Below are positions 1 to 11,522 of a stretch of DNA of 64,000 bases, piece by piece. The stretch's first letter is position 1; every line of letters begins with the position of its first letter. This stretch comes from TPA_inf: Saccharomyces (taxonomy: Eukaryota), in the NCBI GenBank assembly GCA_000146045.2, contig BK006947.3, positions 480,001 to 544,000 of the forward strand, read 5' to 3'. Position numbers and translations under genes: made by a program. A model generated the notes under the pieces. The model saw only the letters and a list, made by a program, of their open reading frames with translations. It was not told the origin of the DNA and made no database searches.

Positions 1-991
1 CGACAGCTTCAAACCATATATGGAGTACCACGATGCTTCGCACTTGAGGAACCGTAACATAAGCAAAGCGGACCAGGTTGAAAGCACTGAAGTGATGGAA
101 CAGTTTACGCAATGGTCGAATTATAAGATGAGGTCTCGCTCTCCTACCATAAACGCAAAGCCAATTCGACACACTTCACAACGAAGAACAGACTTTACCA
201 GCAAAAATGAACTCTCCAAGTTCAGCAAGAATCATAATTTCATTTTTCACAAAGGGTTTTTGAAGAGGCAACACTCCATACGCAGGGAAGACAGGCAAGC
301 AAAGGTACGGTCAAGATTCAGGAGCAAGAAGGAGCTGACATCCGTTTTGAACTATATAGAACTGGAACAAATGGATATTGCAAATGTCCTGGCTTCGCAA
401 CCGGTAAACTTACACGCTATCAGAAATCTCACTAGCAGGGACCCTGCGGTAACTCCTATCCCATTTTTAAGAAGCCAGATGTATGCAACCAGTAGTCGTC
501 CACCGTATCTAAGGAACCGCTCCATAAGTAGGAAACTACCCAAATCACAACCAGGTAGTCTCCCGACGACTATGCCTGCGACGGCGACGAAAACAATTAA
601 ACAGAATTCAACGACCCCAACCACAAGATCTGTTTATAACAAGAATGTGGGGCGGTCCAATACTTCCCCTAGTGTGTTGTACCACCCAAAAAGAAGAGGA
701 AAATTGAACACCAAATCGCATGCAAGAAAGGAGCAACTGCTGTTGGAACTGTGGAGAGAATACTTAATGCTGGTTATAACACAGAGGACGCAACTGCGCC
801 TGACTTTGCTTTGCTCTCCGGGTTCAGCATCGAATGAAAGCTCTGTCTGCTCTTCTAACGCCAGCGACTTAGACATGTCCCTTTTATCTACTCCTTCAAG
901 TCTCTTCCAGATGGCAGGTGAGACCAAAAGCAATCCTATAATTATACCCGACAGTCAAGACGATAGTATACTTAGTAGCGACCCCTTTTAA
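1..991 (+). CDS. NIS1: 3' part of a bud-neck/septin-interacting protein gene. The ORF is open to the window edge, and the first in-window ATG at 20 is probably not the true start.
   Basis: The frame is open from nt 2 and stops at 989-991. The Ser/Thr/Asn-rich protein sits immediately upstream of APJ1 in the same orientation, as expected for YNL078W. Identity rests on synteny, so it is weaker than for the neighbours. Confidence 0.55.
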   Translation, partial: DSFKPYMEYHDASHLRNRNISKADQVESTEVMEQFTQWSNYKMRSRSPTINAKPIRHTSQRRTDFTSKNELSKFSKNHNFIFHKGFLKRQHSIRREDRQAKVRSRFRSKKELTSVLNYIELEQMDIANVLASQPVNLHAIRNLTSRDPAVTPIPFLRSQMYATSSRPPYLRNRSISRKLPKSQPGSLPTTMPATATKTIKQNSTTPTTRSVYNKNVGRSNTSPSVLYHPKRRGKLNTKSHARKEQLLLELWREYLMLVITQRTQLRLTLLCSPGSASNESSVCSSNASDLDMSLLSTPSSLFQMAGETKSNPIIIPDSQDDSILSSDPF

Positions 992-1390
992 GTAGGTAAC
1001 CCCCCCTGGATTGCATAGCCATTGCATAGCCTTAGACATCAAACTTTATTTAATCACATTATCCTTCTATGTATCTTTTTCCCCCGCTCGATTTCTTCTA
1101 GAACATTACGGAAAATAAAGGAAAAAAATGACTGGAGCATCGAATCTGTAGACTAAAAAGGTAATGACGCGTTCTTCGTTCCCACAAGTATGTGAAATCG
1201 TTTGAACGCTTTTATATACTGATAGGAATAGATTATAATAGTATTCAACATTCATCAAACAGTTTATATCGGTAATAAACCAACCTCACGATACAGTGAT
1301 TATTTCTCTAAACAACACGAGCCGTACTGTACCTACGATAAAGTAAAACACATTTTTCTTTTGCTACCAGTGGACACAAGATAACGGAGA

Positions 1391-2977
1391 ATGCAACAAA
1401 ACACGTCTTTATATGACTCTTTGAACGTTACTGCCGCTGCATCCACATCTGAGATTAAGAAAGCTTACAGGAACGCTGCATTAAAATATCATCCTGATAA
1501 AAACAATCATACAGAAGAATCCAAGCGAAAGTTTCAAGAGATATGCCAGGCATACGAAATACTTAAAGACAATCGTTTAAGAGCTTTGTATGACCAGTAC
1601 GGTACCACAGATGAAGTCCTGATTCAAGAGCAGCAGGCGCAGGCGCAACGCCAACAAGCCGGGCCGTTCAGTTCATCCTCAAATTTCGATACGGAAGCAA
1701 TGTCATTCCCGGATCTATCTCCAGGTGATCTTTTCGCGCAGTTTTTTAATAGTTCTGCTACCCCCTCTTCTAATGGCTCCAAAAGCAGTTTTAATTTTAG
1801 CTTCAATAATAGCTCTACGCCGAGCTTCTCCTTTGTTAATGGCAGTGGCGTGAACAATCTGTACTCCTCGTCAGCAAAATACAACTCCAACGATGAGGAC
1901 CATCATTTGGATAGAGGCCCTGATATCAAACATAATCTAAAGTGCACATTGAAGGAACTCTACATGGGTAAGACTGCAAAGTTGGGTTTGAATAGGACAA
2001 GGATTTGCAGTGTTTGTGATGGGCACGGTGGTCTAAAGAAATGCACTTGTAAAACATGCAAAGGGCAAGGTATTCAAACCCAAACTAGGCGTATGGGACC
2101 TCTAGTACAAAGTTGGTCTCAAACTTGTGCAGATTGCGGGGGTGCCGGGGTTTTTGTCAAAAATAAAGATATTTGCCAACAGTGCCAAGGTCTTGGCTTC
2201 ATTAAGGAGAGGAAGATTCTACAAGTCACCGTTCAACCGGGATCGTGTCATAACCAACTTATAGTACTTACGGGCGAAGGTGACGAAGTTATTAGTACTA
2301 AGGGAGGCGGTCACGAAAAGGTAATACCTGGTGACGTCGTTATCACCATTTTACGTTTAAAAGATCCGAATTTCCAGGTTATCAACTACTCCAATTTGAT
2401 ATGTAAGAAGTGCAAAATCGACTTCATGACCAGTTTATGTGGAGGCGTAGTTTATATTGAAGGGCACCCTAGCGGTAAGTTGATCAAACTTGATATTATA
2501 CCTGGCGAGATACTGAAGCCTGGTTGTTTCAAGACTGTTGAGGACATGGGGATGCCCAAGTTTATCAACGGTGTTCGGAGCGGTTTCGGTCATCTATATG
2601 TCAAATTCGATGTGACGTATCCAGAGAGACTGGAACCTGAAAATGCTAAGAAAATACAAAATATTCTGGCTAATGATAAATACATTAAAGCAGAACGTTC
2701 CACCATGGAAACCGCAGATTCAGACTGCTATTGCGATTTGGAGAAGTCATATGACAGTGTGGAAGAGCATGTGTTAAGTAGCTTTGAGGCCCCTAATTTA
2801 AACAATGAAGTTATTGAAGACGACGACCTTGGTGATTTGATTAATGAAAGAGATTCTCGGAAAAGGAACAACCGTCGATTCGACGAAAGTAATATTAATA
2901 ATAATAATGAAACGAAACGAAATAAATATTCTTCACCGGTAAGCGGTTTTTATGACCATGATATTAATGGATATTGA
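1391..2977 (+). CDS. APJ1: Type I Hsp40 (DnaJ) co-chaperone, 528 aa. It has a J-domain with HPD and four CxxCxGxG zinc-finger repeats.
   Basis: ATG at 1391. The J-domain motif YHPDKN and the repeats CSVCDGHG, CKTCKGQG, CADCGGAG and CQQCQGLG are visible. The length matches YNL077W. Confidence 0.9.
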   Translation: MQQNTSLYDSLNVTAAASTSEIKKAYRNAALKYHPDKNNHTEESKRKFQEICQAYEILKDNRLRALYDQYGTTDEVLIQEQQAQAQRQQAGPFSSSSNFDTEAMSFPDLSPGDLFAQFFNSSATPSSNGSKSSFNFSFNNSSTPSFSFVNGSGVNNLYSSSAKYNSNDEDHHLDRGPDIKHNLKCTLKELYMGKTAKLGLNRTRICSVCDGHGGLKKCTCKTCKGQGIQTQTRRMGPLVQSWSQTCADCGGAGVFVKNKDICQQCQGLGFIKERKILQVTVQPGSCHNQLIVLTGEGDEVISTKGGGHEKVIPGDVVITILRLKDPNFQVINYSNLICKKCKIDFMTSLCGGVVYIEGHPSGKLIKLDIIPGEILKPGCFKTVEDMGMPKFINGVRSGFGHLYVKFDVTYPERLEPENAKKIQNILANDKYIKAERSTMETADSDCYCDLEKSYDSVEEHVLSSFEAPNLNNEVIEDDDLGDLINERDSRKRNNRRFDESNINNNNETKRNKYSSPVSGFYDHDINGY

Positions 2978-3555
2978 AGGTTATATAGTCATGCAGTAAT
3001 GTTATACATTTTCTATTTTTATTTTTTGTATCAGTACTCTATCTATAAGGACATTCCTTTTTTTAAGCAATGCGGAAAGATACGCTATTCTTCCTGTGGA
3101 TGGTTTACCGCGGTTTGGGTGGTAATATCATTGCAGCCCTAGTCCTTTAGCAGTTTTTTTAGCGTGTAATACATTGTTATTCATCTTTTTCTTAGTGCCT
3201 GCCAAGAGATCGTGGGAGGTTACTTAACAGAAAAGCAAAAAAAAAAACCGATTAGAATGTGCATGCCGTTGTTACAGAGAAGCAAGGGAAGTTCACCACT
3301 GATCATATTTCTAAGTTCATCAAAATATCGTTTTGGTTTCAGCAGTAGGGATCTTTAACCCAAGTGTTCATTTTCTTTCCTTTTTGCTTTTTATTTGAAT
3401 GATCTGAACAAAAGGAGAAACATATACTGTACTATTGCGTGAAAACGAACAGAGCACAACCCTCAAGAAAAAAGAGAACTACCCCTTAGTTCCATCTCAT
3501 TTACTTAAGCAACACTTCCTAATTATTCTCTAATCCTAATAAAAAAAAAGAACTG

Positions 3556-5310
3556 ATGTCGCGGGAGGCATTTGATGTACCGAATATAGGTACTAACAAG
3601 TTTTTAAAAGTCACACCTAATTTATTTACCCCAGAGCGATTGAATTTATTTGATGATGTCGAACTATATCTTACGTTAATAAAAGCATCCAAATGTGTCG
3701 AGCAGGGAGAAAGGCTGCACAATATAAGTTGGAGAATTCTGAATAAAGCTGTTCTAAAGGAGCATAATATTAATCGATCTAAAAAAAGAGACGGCGTGAA
3801 GAACATATATTATGTGTTAAATCCAAACAACAAACAGCCAATAAAGCCAAAGCAGGCAGCAGTAAAGCAGCCACCATTACAAAAGGCCAATTTGCCTCCC
3901 ACAACGGCAAAACAGAACGTTTTAACTCGGCCAATGACATCACCAGCTATCGCACAGGGTGCTCACGATAGATCCTTGGATAATCCTAATTCTACAAACA
4001 ATGATGTGAAAAATGACGTTGCTCCAAACAGACAATTCTCCAAATCTACTACGTCAGGGTTGTTTTCAAATTTTGCAGACAAATATCAAAAAATGAAAAA
4101 TGTGAACCATGTTGCTAATAAGGAAGAACCACAAACTATTATCACTGGTTTTGATACAAGCACTGTTATAACCAAGAAACCTTTACAATCAAGACGCTCA
4201 AGATCACCTTTCCAGCATATAGGAGACATGAACATGAACTGCATTGATAATGAGACTTCCAAGAGTACCAGTCCTACTCTTGAAAATATGGGAAGTAGAA
4301 AATCCTCTTTTCCTCAGAAGGAATCTTTATTCGGAAGGCCAAGGTCTTACAAGAATGACCAAAATGGTCAACTGTCACTTTCGAAAACATCCTCTAGAAA
4401 AGGAAAAAACAAGATATTTTTCAGCAGTGAAGATGAAGATTCCGATTGGGACAGCGTTTCGAATGATTCAGAATTCTACGCTGATGAAGATGATGAAGAG
4501 TACGATGATTATAATGAGGAAGAAGCAGATCAGTACTATAGAAGACAATGGGACAAGCTTTTATTTGCCAAAAATCAACAGAATCTTGACTCAACGAAAT
4601 CATCTGTTTCATCAGCGAACACAATCAACTCAAACACATCCCATGATCCCGTACGAAAAAGTTTACTCAGTGGACTATTCCTTAGTGAGGCAAATAGCAA
4701 CAGTAATAACCACAATACTGCACATAGTGAATACGCTTCTAAACACGTTTCGCCGACTCCTCAGTCCTCTCATAGTAATATCGGTCCTCAACCGCAGCAA
4801 AATCCACCGAGCGCTAATGGTATAAAACAACAAAAACCTTCTTTGAAAACAAGCAACGTGACAGCTCTAGCATCGCTATCTCCCCCGCAACCATCCAACA
4901 ATGAGCGGTTATCGATGGATATACAAAAGGACTTCAAAACTGATAATGAGTCCAATCATTTATATGAATCTAATGCTCCGCTAACTGCTCAAACTATACT
5001 GCCCACCGCCTTATCTACTCACATGTTTTTGCCAAATAACATTCACCAACAACGAATGGCGATTGCCACTGGTAGTAATACGCGACATCGTTTTTCGAGG
5101 CGGCAGTCGATGGATATCCCATCCAAGAACAGGAATACTGGGTTTTTGAAGACCAGAATGGAGATCTCTGAGGAAGAAAAGATGGTACGTACAATATCAC
5201 GGCTTGACAATACGAGTATTGCAAACAGTAATGGAAATGGTAATGATGACACCTCTAATCAGAGAACGGAAGCACTGGGGCGTAAGACGAGTAATGGAGG
5301 GCGAATATGA
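3556..5310 (+). CDS. MKS1: Negative regulator of the RTG/retrograde pathway, 584 aa. The protein is Ser/Asn-rich and low in complexity.
   Basis: ATG at 3556. Length and position between APJ1 and IMP4 match YNL076W. It has an acidic block (EDEDSDWDSVSNDSEFYADEDDEEYDDYNEEE). Confidence 0.85.
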   Translation: MSREAFDVPNIGTNKFLKVTPNLFTPERLNLFDDVELYLTLIKASKCVEQGERLHNISWRILNKAVLKEHNINRSKKRDGVKNIYYVLNPNNKQPIKPKQAAVKQPPLQKANLPPTTAKQNVLTRPMTSPAIAQGAHDRSLDNPNSTNNDVKNDVAPNRQFSKSTTSGLFSNFADKYQKMKNVNHVANKEEPQTIITGFDTSTVITKKPLQSRRSRSPFQHIGDMNMNCIDNETSKSTSPTLENMGSRKSSFPQKESLFGRPRSYKNDQNGQLSLSKTSSRKGKNKIFFSSEDEDSDWDSVSNDSEFYADEDDEEYDDYNEEEADQYYRRQWDKLLFAKNQQNLDSTKSSVSSANTINSNTSHDPVRKSLLSGLFLSEANSNSNNHNTAHSEYASKHVSPTPQSSHSNIGPQPQQNPPSANGIKQQKPSLKTSNVTALASLSPPQPSNNERLSMDIQKDFKTDNESNHLYESNAPLTAQTILPTALSTHMFLPNNIHQQRMAIATGSNTRHRFSRRQSMDIPSKNRNTGFLKTRMEISEEEKMVRTISRLDNTSIANSNGNGNDDTSNQRTEALGRKTSNGGRI

Positions 5311-5606
5311 TTACTAAGTTAAATAAATCAGATACAGTATTTAAAGTTCTTTCAAAAAAAGATAATGTCATATATTTTACTATCTACGCAGTGAAAGAGT
5401 TCCTTCTAATGACACACTATTCACTTCGGGTAACGGATATTGTGTACTGAAAAATATAAAAAATTTTATCCCGGAAATGCGATGAGATGAAAATGCATGA
5501 AGTAGCGTATATATTGATTGCATGAGGTTGGACTTGAAAGGGCATATATACTCGGTTTTATCATTGATTCAAGTGTTCCCATAAATAATAAAACAGTTAA
5601 ATCGAA

Positions 5607-6479
5607 ATGCTAAGAAGACAAGCCCGTGAAAGGAGAGAATATCTATACAGAAAAGCGCAAGAATTACAAGATTCTCAACTGCAACAAAAACGTCAAATAA
5701 TTAAACAAGCGCTAGCTCAGGGGAAGCCATTGCCAAAGGAACTAGCAGAAGATGAGAGTTTACAAAAGGATTTCAGATATGACCAAAGTTTAAAGGAGAG
5801 CGAAGAAGCAGATGATCTACAGGTTGATGATGAATATGCTGCCACAAGTGGTATAATGGATCCAAGAATCATCGTCACAACATCTCGTGACCCAAGCACT
5901 CGTCTCTCGCAATTTGCCAAAGAAATTAAACTGCTATTTCCAAATGCTGTCAGGCTGAACAGAGGTAATTATGTGATGCCAAATCTAGTGGATGCTTGTA
6001 AAAAATCCGGTACTACAGATTTGGTGGTATTACATGAACATAGAGGTGTTCCAACTTCTTTGACCATATCACATTTTCCACATGGACCCACTGCACAGTT
6101 TAGTTTACACAATGTTGTTATGAGACATGATATTATAAATGCTGGTAACCAAAGCGAAGTGAATCCACATCTAATATTTGATAACTTTACTACCGCTTTA
6201 GGGAAAAGAGTAGTCTGTATTTTAAAGCACTTGTTCAATGCGGGGCCCAAAAAAGATTCCGAAAGAGTAATCACTTTTGCGAATAGGGGTGATTTCATTA
6301 GCGTTAGACAGCATGTATATGTGAGAACAAGAGAGGGAGTAGAGATTGCCGAAGTTGGTCCTAGATTTGAGATGAGGTTGTTTGAACTGAGGTTGGGAAC
6401 TTTAGAAAATAAGGACGCTGATGTTGAGTGGCAGTTGAGAAGATTCATAAGGACTGCCAATAAAAAAGACTATTTGTGA
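5607..6479 (+). CDS. IMP4: U3 snoRNP protein of the Brix/Imp4 family, 290 aa.
   Basis: ATG at 5607. The N-terminus [20 protein letters not shown] and the Brix-domain sequence are recognisable. The length matches YNL075W. Confidence 0.9.
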
Positions 6480-6552
6480 ATTTTTTTATAGATTTGTAAA
6501 GGTTAAAATAGAAGGCCGATGAGGCCTTATGTAAGTCTAATATGGTATTCTT

Positions 6553-6573
6553 AAAAAAAAAAAAAAAAAAAAA
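6553..6573. repeat. Poly(dA) tract of about 21 nt in the convergent IMP4/MLF3 3' intergenic region.
   Basis: A homopolymer A run. Confidence 0.9.
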
Positions 6574-6765
6574 GCGTCTTAGAGGGAATATAAGAGAAAA
6601 GAAGAGATAGCATAACACATGATTTATTTTTATTTTTGCGTTTTTTTTTTTTCTTAATTGTTTATCAATGTATCTGTGAGAGTATCTACATAAAAAAAAT
6701 AACCATATGAAGACATAAATTTAAAAGAACAAAACGAACGAAGGGAAGAGGTGCAGAAAGGAAAT

Positions 6766-8124
6766 TTATGTATCACAACTATTAAATTCAGTTGAAAATC
6801 CACCATTTGAAACTTTTTTCTTAAGCACTTCACTGACTTTTTCAACTCTTAACTCATGTTCGGAGGATAACGTATTAGAAGAAGACACGTAAGAAGGATC
6901 TGTTGATAAAGGCATGGGCTTGCCTATTGCTGTATATGACGAAGATGTCGATAAAGGCGTCTGGGTTGCTAATTCGGGATTACTTGCCAAGTTTGCACTT
7001 GAACGCAAAGACGAACTTAACGGAAAGGAAGGATCTAGCATGTCCATGGTTAAATCTTCTTCTTCGCTGTCACTTGATTCTATTTGGAACTTGGGATTCT
7101 TGTGCATGTTTGCAACAGGGTCAACGTTTGATAAAATGGATTGTCTTTGAAATAGTATCGAAGATGACCGGTTTTTTGGGGATTTTGCATTGTTATTAGC
7201 ATTATTTGAATATTGTCTCGCAGATTGCTGCGGAGATACATAAGGCGAAGTAGCTGGTAATTCTGTAGTTTTGATGAAGGGGTTGGAAAATGTCGTTGTT
7301 GCTGACGATGAAGAATAGGCTTGTGGTGGGGACCTCTTGAGGATGAAAGGGCATGAGTACGCTTGGGATTTCATAGGTGGTCTAGATGTAGGCGTATTAT
7401 TGGCCTGTGCAAGTTTTTCATCATTCAACATATCGACGTAAGAGTAGAATCTTAGTATTCTGGAGTTTGGTTCGCCATTTGAAGTTGTGGTGGTCATCCC
7501 GGTGTTATTGATGTTATTCAAGGTGGGACGTGTAGCCGCAGAATGCGAATGAGATCTCGAAAGTTTAAGATCTGGCGATGCTGGCGAAGATTCTGATGAG
7601 GGAAGAGTGGCACTATTCGTTCTAGCCAACAGGGCCATGTTTAGGCTCACAGCAGAGGAAGGTCTTCTTGAATAAACCATATCGACATCGCTCAGGTCAG
7701 TGTTCTCATCGTTCACTATTGAGCAACTAGCATCTAAAGCTGGAGCCACCGAGTTTTCTAACGTACGACGGCGATGGTGATGATTTTGCATGTTGCAAAT
7801 GGGGTTCAAGATGTACTCTTGATGTGCTAGCGAGCTTGTGGTGGAGTTCGACGCCGACCTAGACGTTGGTATGACGTTATCTAGCGGAGAGGAAACATTA
7901 TTGGAGTTCTTCCTCAACGATGGAGTTCTAACCTCGCTACCAGAGATAGGTATCGGAGAAATGGTCTGCAAGTTGTAAAAACTATTAGATCTTGAGCTAT
8001 GAGATGTGTTGGAGGCGGAAACCGGAGGTTGAAGAAATAAATCGTTTGAACTTGCCTCTTGCACGGTTCTTTCGAAGATAAAAGAAGGGTTGCTGTTGTT
8101 CGAATTTGACTTGTACACGCACAT
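6766..8124 (-). CDS. MLF3: Serine-rich protein, a multicopy suppressor of leflunomide sensitivity, 452 aa.
   Basis: The track ORF starts at a GTG at 8157. The first in-frame ATG (MCVYKSNSNN...) is at 8124 and gives 452 aa, matching YNL074C. Confidence 0.8.
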   Translation of the reverse strand: MCVYKSNSNNSNPSFIFERTVQEASSNDLFLQPPVSASNTSHSSRSNSFYNLQTISPIPISGSEVRTPSLRKNSNNVSSPLDNVIPTSRSASNSTTSSLAHQEYILNPICNMQNHHHRRRTLENSVAPALDASCSIVNDENTDLSDVDMVYSRRPSSAVSLNMALLARTNSATLPSSESSPASPDLKLSRSHSHSAATRPTLNNINNTGMTTTTSNGEPNSRILRFYSYVDMLNDEKLAQANNTPTSRPPMKSQAYSCPFILKRSPPQAYSSSSATTTFSNPFIKTTELPATSPYVSPQQSARQYSNNANNNAKSPKNRSSSILFQRQSILSNVDPVANMHKNPKFQIESSDSEEEDLTMDMLDPSFPLSSSLRSSANLASNPELATQTPLSTSSSYTAIGKPMPLSTDPSYVSSSNTLSSEHELRVEKVSEVLKKKVSNGGFSTEFNSCDT

Positions 8125-8385
8125 ACCGTCTTTTTTGGCAGTTTCCTTTGACAGCACTTAGATTCTCCTCAAGCTCTTTTTACCGTACCTGTTCCTATTT
8201 GAAATATTTAGATCTGTGAAAGGATTAGTCTTTTATTCGTGATAAAAGCGAAAATCTAATCCCCTGGGCGCCGCGGAGTGCTCTTCGCCGAGATAAATAT
8301 ACTAAAAGAGAGGCTTTAATTAGTACCCGAAATGACGGTGAATAGTGGGATACTTTTATAATGGTGTTATGTTACATGATTGCCG

Positions 8386-10116
8386 ATGAATGTGCTGTTA
8401 AAAAGACGCAGTTTAACGTTTGCACCGAGATGGCTGTGGTGCAAGTGTCGAAGTAGCAGGAGCAGGCCGTATTCTCTGGCACACGCGGTCGACACAAGTA
8501 AGATGGAGGCAACCAGGAGGAACGGTCAGATTGTGAAGGACCTGGGTAGATACTATCCGTCAATGTCAGAATCAGCACTCCACGATCTTTGCCAGGAGTA
8601 TAAAGAAGTCACTATCGCAGACTTTAATGAGAGATTCTTGGGCAACCCAGCCACATTACACCATGAGGATAATCCTAATTTGTTACTTAGTATTAATGGC
8701 AGGATTAAAAGCATTAGGTTTTCAGGCCAGAAGATTGTTTTTATAGATCTTTACAACGGCAGTAGCGGATTGAAGAATGATACGCAACTGCAGTTGATCG
8801 TAAACTACAATAAAATTGGTGGGAGTAGTGAGGATAAGGCGAATTTCTCAGAATATATGAACTTTTTGAAGAAAGGAGATTATATTAAGGCGCTCGGTTA
8901 TCCCGGGTTTTCCCAATCCAGAGTCAAGATGCTGTCCTTGATATGTAATAAGCTACCTATAGTATTGTCTGTTTCGCAACTGCCGTTACCTTCCAGACTG
9001 AATGATGAAACCAAGATCAAATCTAATAGAGTTGTTGACTACCAATTAAACGGCACTCAGACACTGCTAGTAAGGGCGCGTATCATCAAACTTTTGAGGA
9101 AGTTTCTCGACGACAGAAACTTCGTTGAGGTTGAAACGCCTATACTGTCATCAAAGTCCAACGGTGCCATGGCGAAGCCCTTTATAACGTCGTCCAAGGA
9201 CTTCGACCATTTGGAGTTGCGTATTGCACCAGAATTATGGCTGAAGAGGCTTATAATTAGTGGTTTACAAAAAGTATACGAAATAGGAAAGGTCTTTCGA
9301 AACGAAGGCATTGATTCCACGCATAATGCTGAGTTTTCCACTTTAGAATTCTATGAAACTTACATGTCAATGGACGATATAGTCACAAGGACTGAAGATT
9401 TGTTCAAATTTTTGATTACTAACTTGCAAAAGTTCTTTCAAGATACCCGTCTGCCTGTCCCTAAGACGTTTAGTGAATTACATCTGGCACTATCCGAGAA
9501 TAATTGGAAGTTTAGAAAAGTCGAATTCCTGCCCACTTTGAACAAAGAGCTTGGCATTGATCTAATGAACTCTGGATTGGATATCAATAAGCCGAGCGAA
9601 CTTTTGAAGGCTTTACCGAAAGACATTGCGAAGAAGTATTTTCCTTCTGCAGATAACACTGGGCAATTATCTTCGCTGCAAATCCTAAATAAACTATCGG
9701 ACGTGTTCCTCGAGCAGCGCCATTGTCAATCAACCTTGCCTACGGTAATATACCATCAACCTGCAATATTATCGCCCTTAGCCAAGACGGATCCGCAAAA
9801 TAAGCAAGTCACGAAGAGATTCGAAGTCTTCATCAAAGGTAAGGAATACATCAATGCTTACGAAGAGGAAAATTGCCCCCAATTACAACTGCAGAAGTTT
9901 CTACAACAAAAGCAGATTAACGAATTGACAGGAAACAAAACTGAGACCTTATCGCCTGTTATTGACTACCAGTATGTTGAGACGATGAAATACGGTATGC
10001 CTCCAGTAGGTGGCTTTGGCCTTGGCATAGATAGATTGTGCATGCTATTTTGCGACAAGAAGAGGATAGAAGAGGTTCTGCCCTTTGGCTGTGTGGATGA
10101 TGTAAACAGGCAGTAA
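8386..10116 (+). CDS. MSK1: Mitochondrial lysyl-tRNA synthetase (class II), 576 aa.
   Basis: The track start at 8380 is TTG. The first ATG is at 8386 (MNVLLKRRSL...). Class II aaRS motifs are present (FRNEGIDSTHNAEF, GGFGLGIDRL). The length matches YNL073W. Confidence 0.85.
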   Translation: MNVLLKRRSLTFAPRWLWCKCRSSRSRPYSLAHAVDTSKMEATRRNGQIVKDLGRYYPSMSESALHDLCQEYKEVTIADFNERFLGNPATLHHEDNPNLLLSINGRIKSIRFSGQKIVFIDLYNGSSGLKNDTQLQLIVNYNKIGGSSEDKANFSEYMNFLKKGDYIKALGYPGFSQSRVKMLSLICNKLPIVLSVSQLPLPSRLNDETKIKSNRVVDYQLNGTQTLLVRARIIKLLRKFLDDRNFVEVETPILSSKSNGAMAKPFITSSKDFDHLELRIAPELWLKRLIISGLQKVYEIGKVFRNEGIDSTHNAEFSTLEFYETYMSMDDIVTRTEDLFKFLITNLQKFFQDTRLPVPKTFSELHLALSENNWKFRKVEFLPTLNKELGIDLMNSGLDINKPSELLKALPKDIAKKYFPSADNTGQLSSLQILNKLSDVFLEQRHCQSTLPTVIYHQPAILSPLAKTDPQNKQVTKRFEVFIKGKEYINAYEEENCPQLQLQKFLQQKQINELTGNKTETLSPVIDYQYVETMKYGMPPVGGFGLGIDRLCMLFCDKKRIEEVLPFGCVDDVNRQ

Positions 10117-10316
10117 ATTTTGCGACGCCTGCCAATGCTTTTGTAAATAAATCAGACATATACTGTAAATAATTAGAATGGCATTTAATTTTTTTTTTTT
10201 CTCTACACCAATAAACTACGCTACGCGAAAAATCCAATATAAATATTCAGTTATAGCTAATGAGAGTGTCGAAAAACCTTGAAAACAACTACTGCACACC
10301 AAATTGATACGATTAA

Positions 10317-11240
10317 ATGGTACCCCCCACGGTAGAAGCATCCTTGGAGTCTCCTTACACTAAGTCGTACTTTTCACCTGTCCCAAGCGCGCTCTTGGAA
10401 CAGAATGACTCTCCAATAATAATGGGTATCGATGAAGCTGGCAGAGGGCCCGTATTAGGGCCAATGGTCTACGCAGTAGCCTATTCTACACAGAAATATC
10501 AGGACGAAACTATAATCCCTAACTACGAGTTTGACGACTCTAAAAAACTTACAGATCCCATCAGAAGAATGCTGTTTTCCAAGATATACCAGGACAACGA
10601 AGAACTAACCCAGATCGGCTACGCAACTACGTGCATCACTCCGTTGGATATCTCTAGAGGAATGAGCAAGTTCCCACCGACGAGAAACTATAACTTGAAT
10701 GAGCAGGCGCACGATGTCACAATGGCACTCATTGATGGCGTGATAAAGCAGAACGTGAAGCTCAGTCACGTGTATGTGGATACTGTTGGACCACCAGCGT
10801 CCTATCAGAAGAAACTGGAGCAACGATTTCCTGGTGTCAAGTTTACGGTCGCCAAGAAGGCAGACTCGCTCTACTGCATGGTCAGTGTGGCGAGTGTCGT
10901 TGCAAAAGTGACCAGAGATATACTAGTCGAATCCTTGAAGAGGGATCCCGATGAGATCCTGGGTTCTGGATACCCCTCCGACCCGAAGACAGTCGCATGG
11001 CTGAAGCGCAACCAGACAAGTCTTATGGGCTGGCCCGCCAACATGGTAAGATTCTCATGGCAGACATGCCAGACTCTGTTAGATGACGCCAGTAAGAATA
11101 GTATCCCTATCAAGTGGGAAGAACAATATATGGACAGCAGGAAGAACGCCGCACAAAAAACCAAGCAATTGCAGCTCCAGATGGTCGCTAAGCCTGTTAG
11201 AAGGAAGAGGCTGAGAACCCTAGATAATTGGTACCGGTGA
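10317..11240 (+). CDS. RNH201: RNase H2 catalytic subunit, 307 aa.
   Basis: ATG at 10317. The catalytic-site sequence [16 protein letters not shown] is visible. The length matches YNL072W. Confidence 0.9.
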
Positions 11241-11522
11241 TCACCTCCAGTTTGCACATACTATATATCTTCATGTAATACTACATATGTCATAACTTCA
11301 ATAACTCATACAAGTCATCTGCTACTATGCTTTGCCGTTTCTACTATCCGTGAAGCGTGACCGGCCCTTCTCACCCCCCGTGTTACGCAAAGAACAACAA
11401 GAGGTCGAGACAACCAACCGGAACGACTAGAAGAGAGGCTGTTACGTTTCCTGTTTGTTCACGCTCAACATCTTCCATTGCTGTAAACTGCATCCAGTAA
11501 AATTAATAGTTATTAGCGTACT

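Noticed and set aside
8380-8385. ORF-track starts that are not ATG, at 8157 (GTG), 8380 (TTG), 34971 (GTG), 36746 (TTG), 49936 (GTG), 58161 (TTG), 54636 (GTG) and 14513 (TTG).
   Set aside because: I checked each codon in the sequence. They are alternative starts allowed by the ORF finder. The first in-frame ATG reproduces the known protein length each time, so I re-called the starts and did not propose N-terminal extensions.
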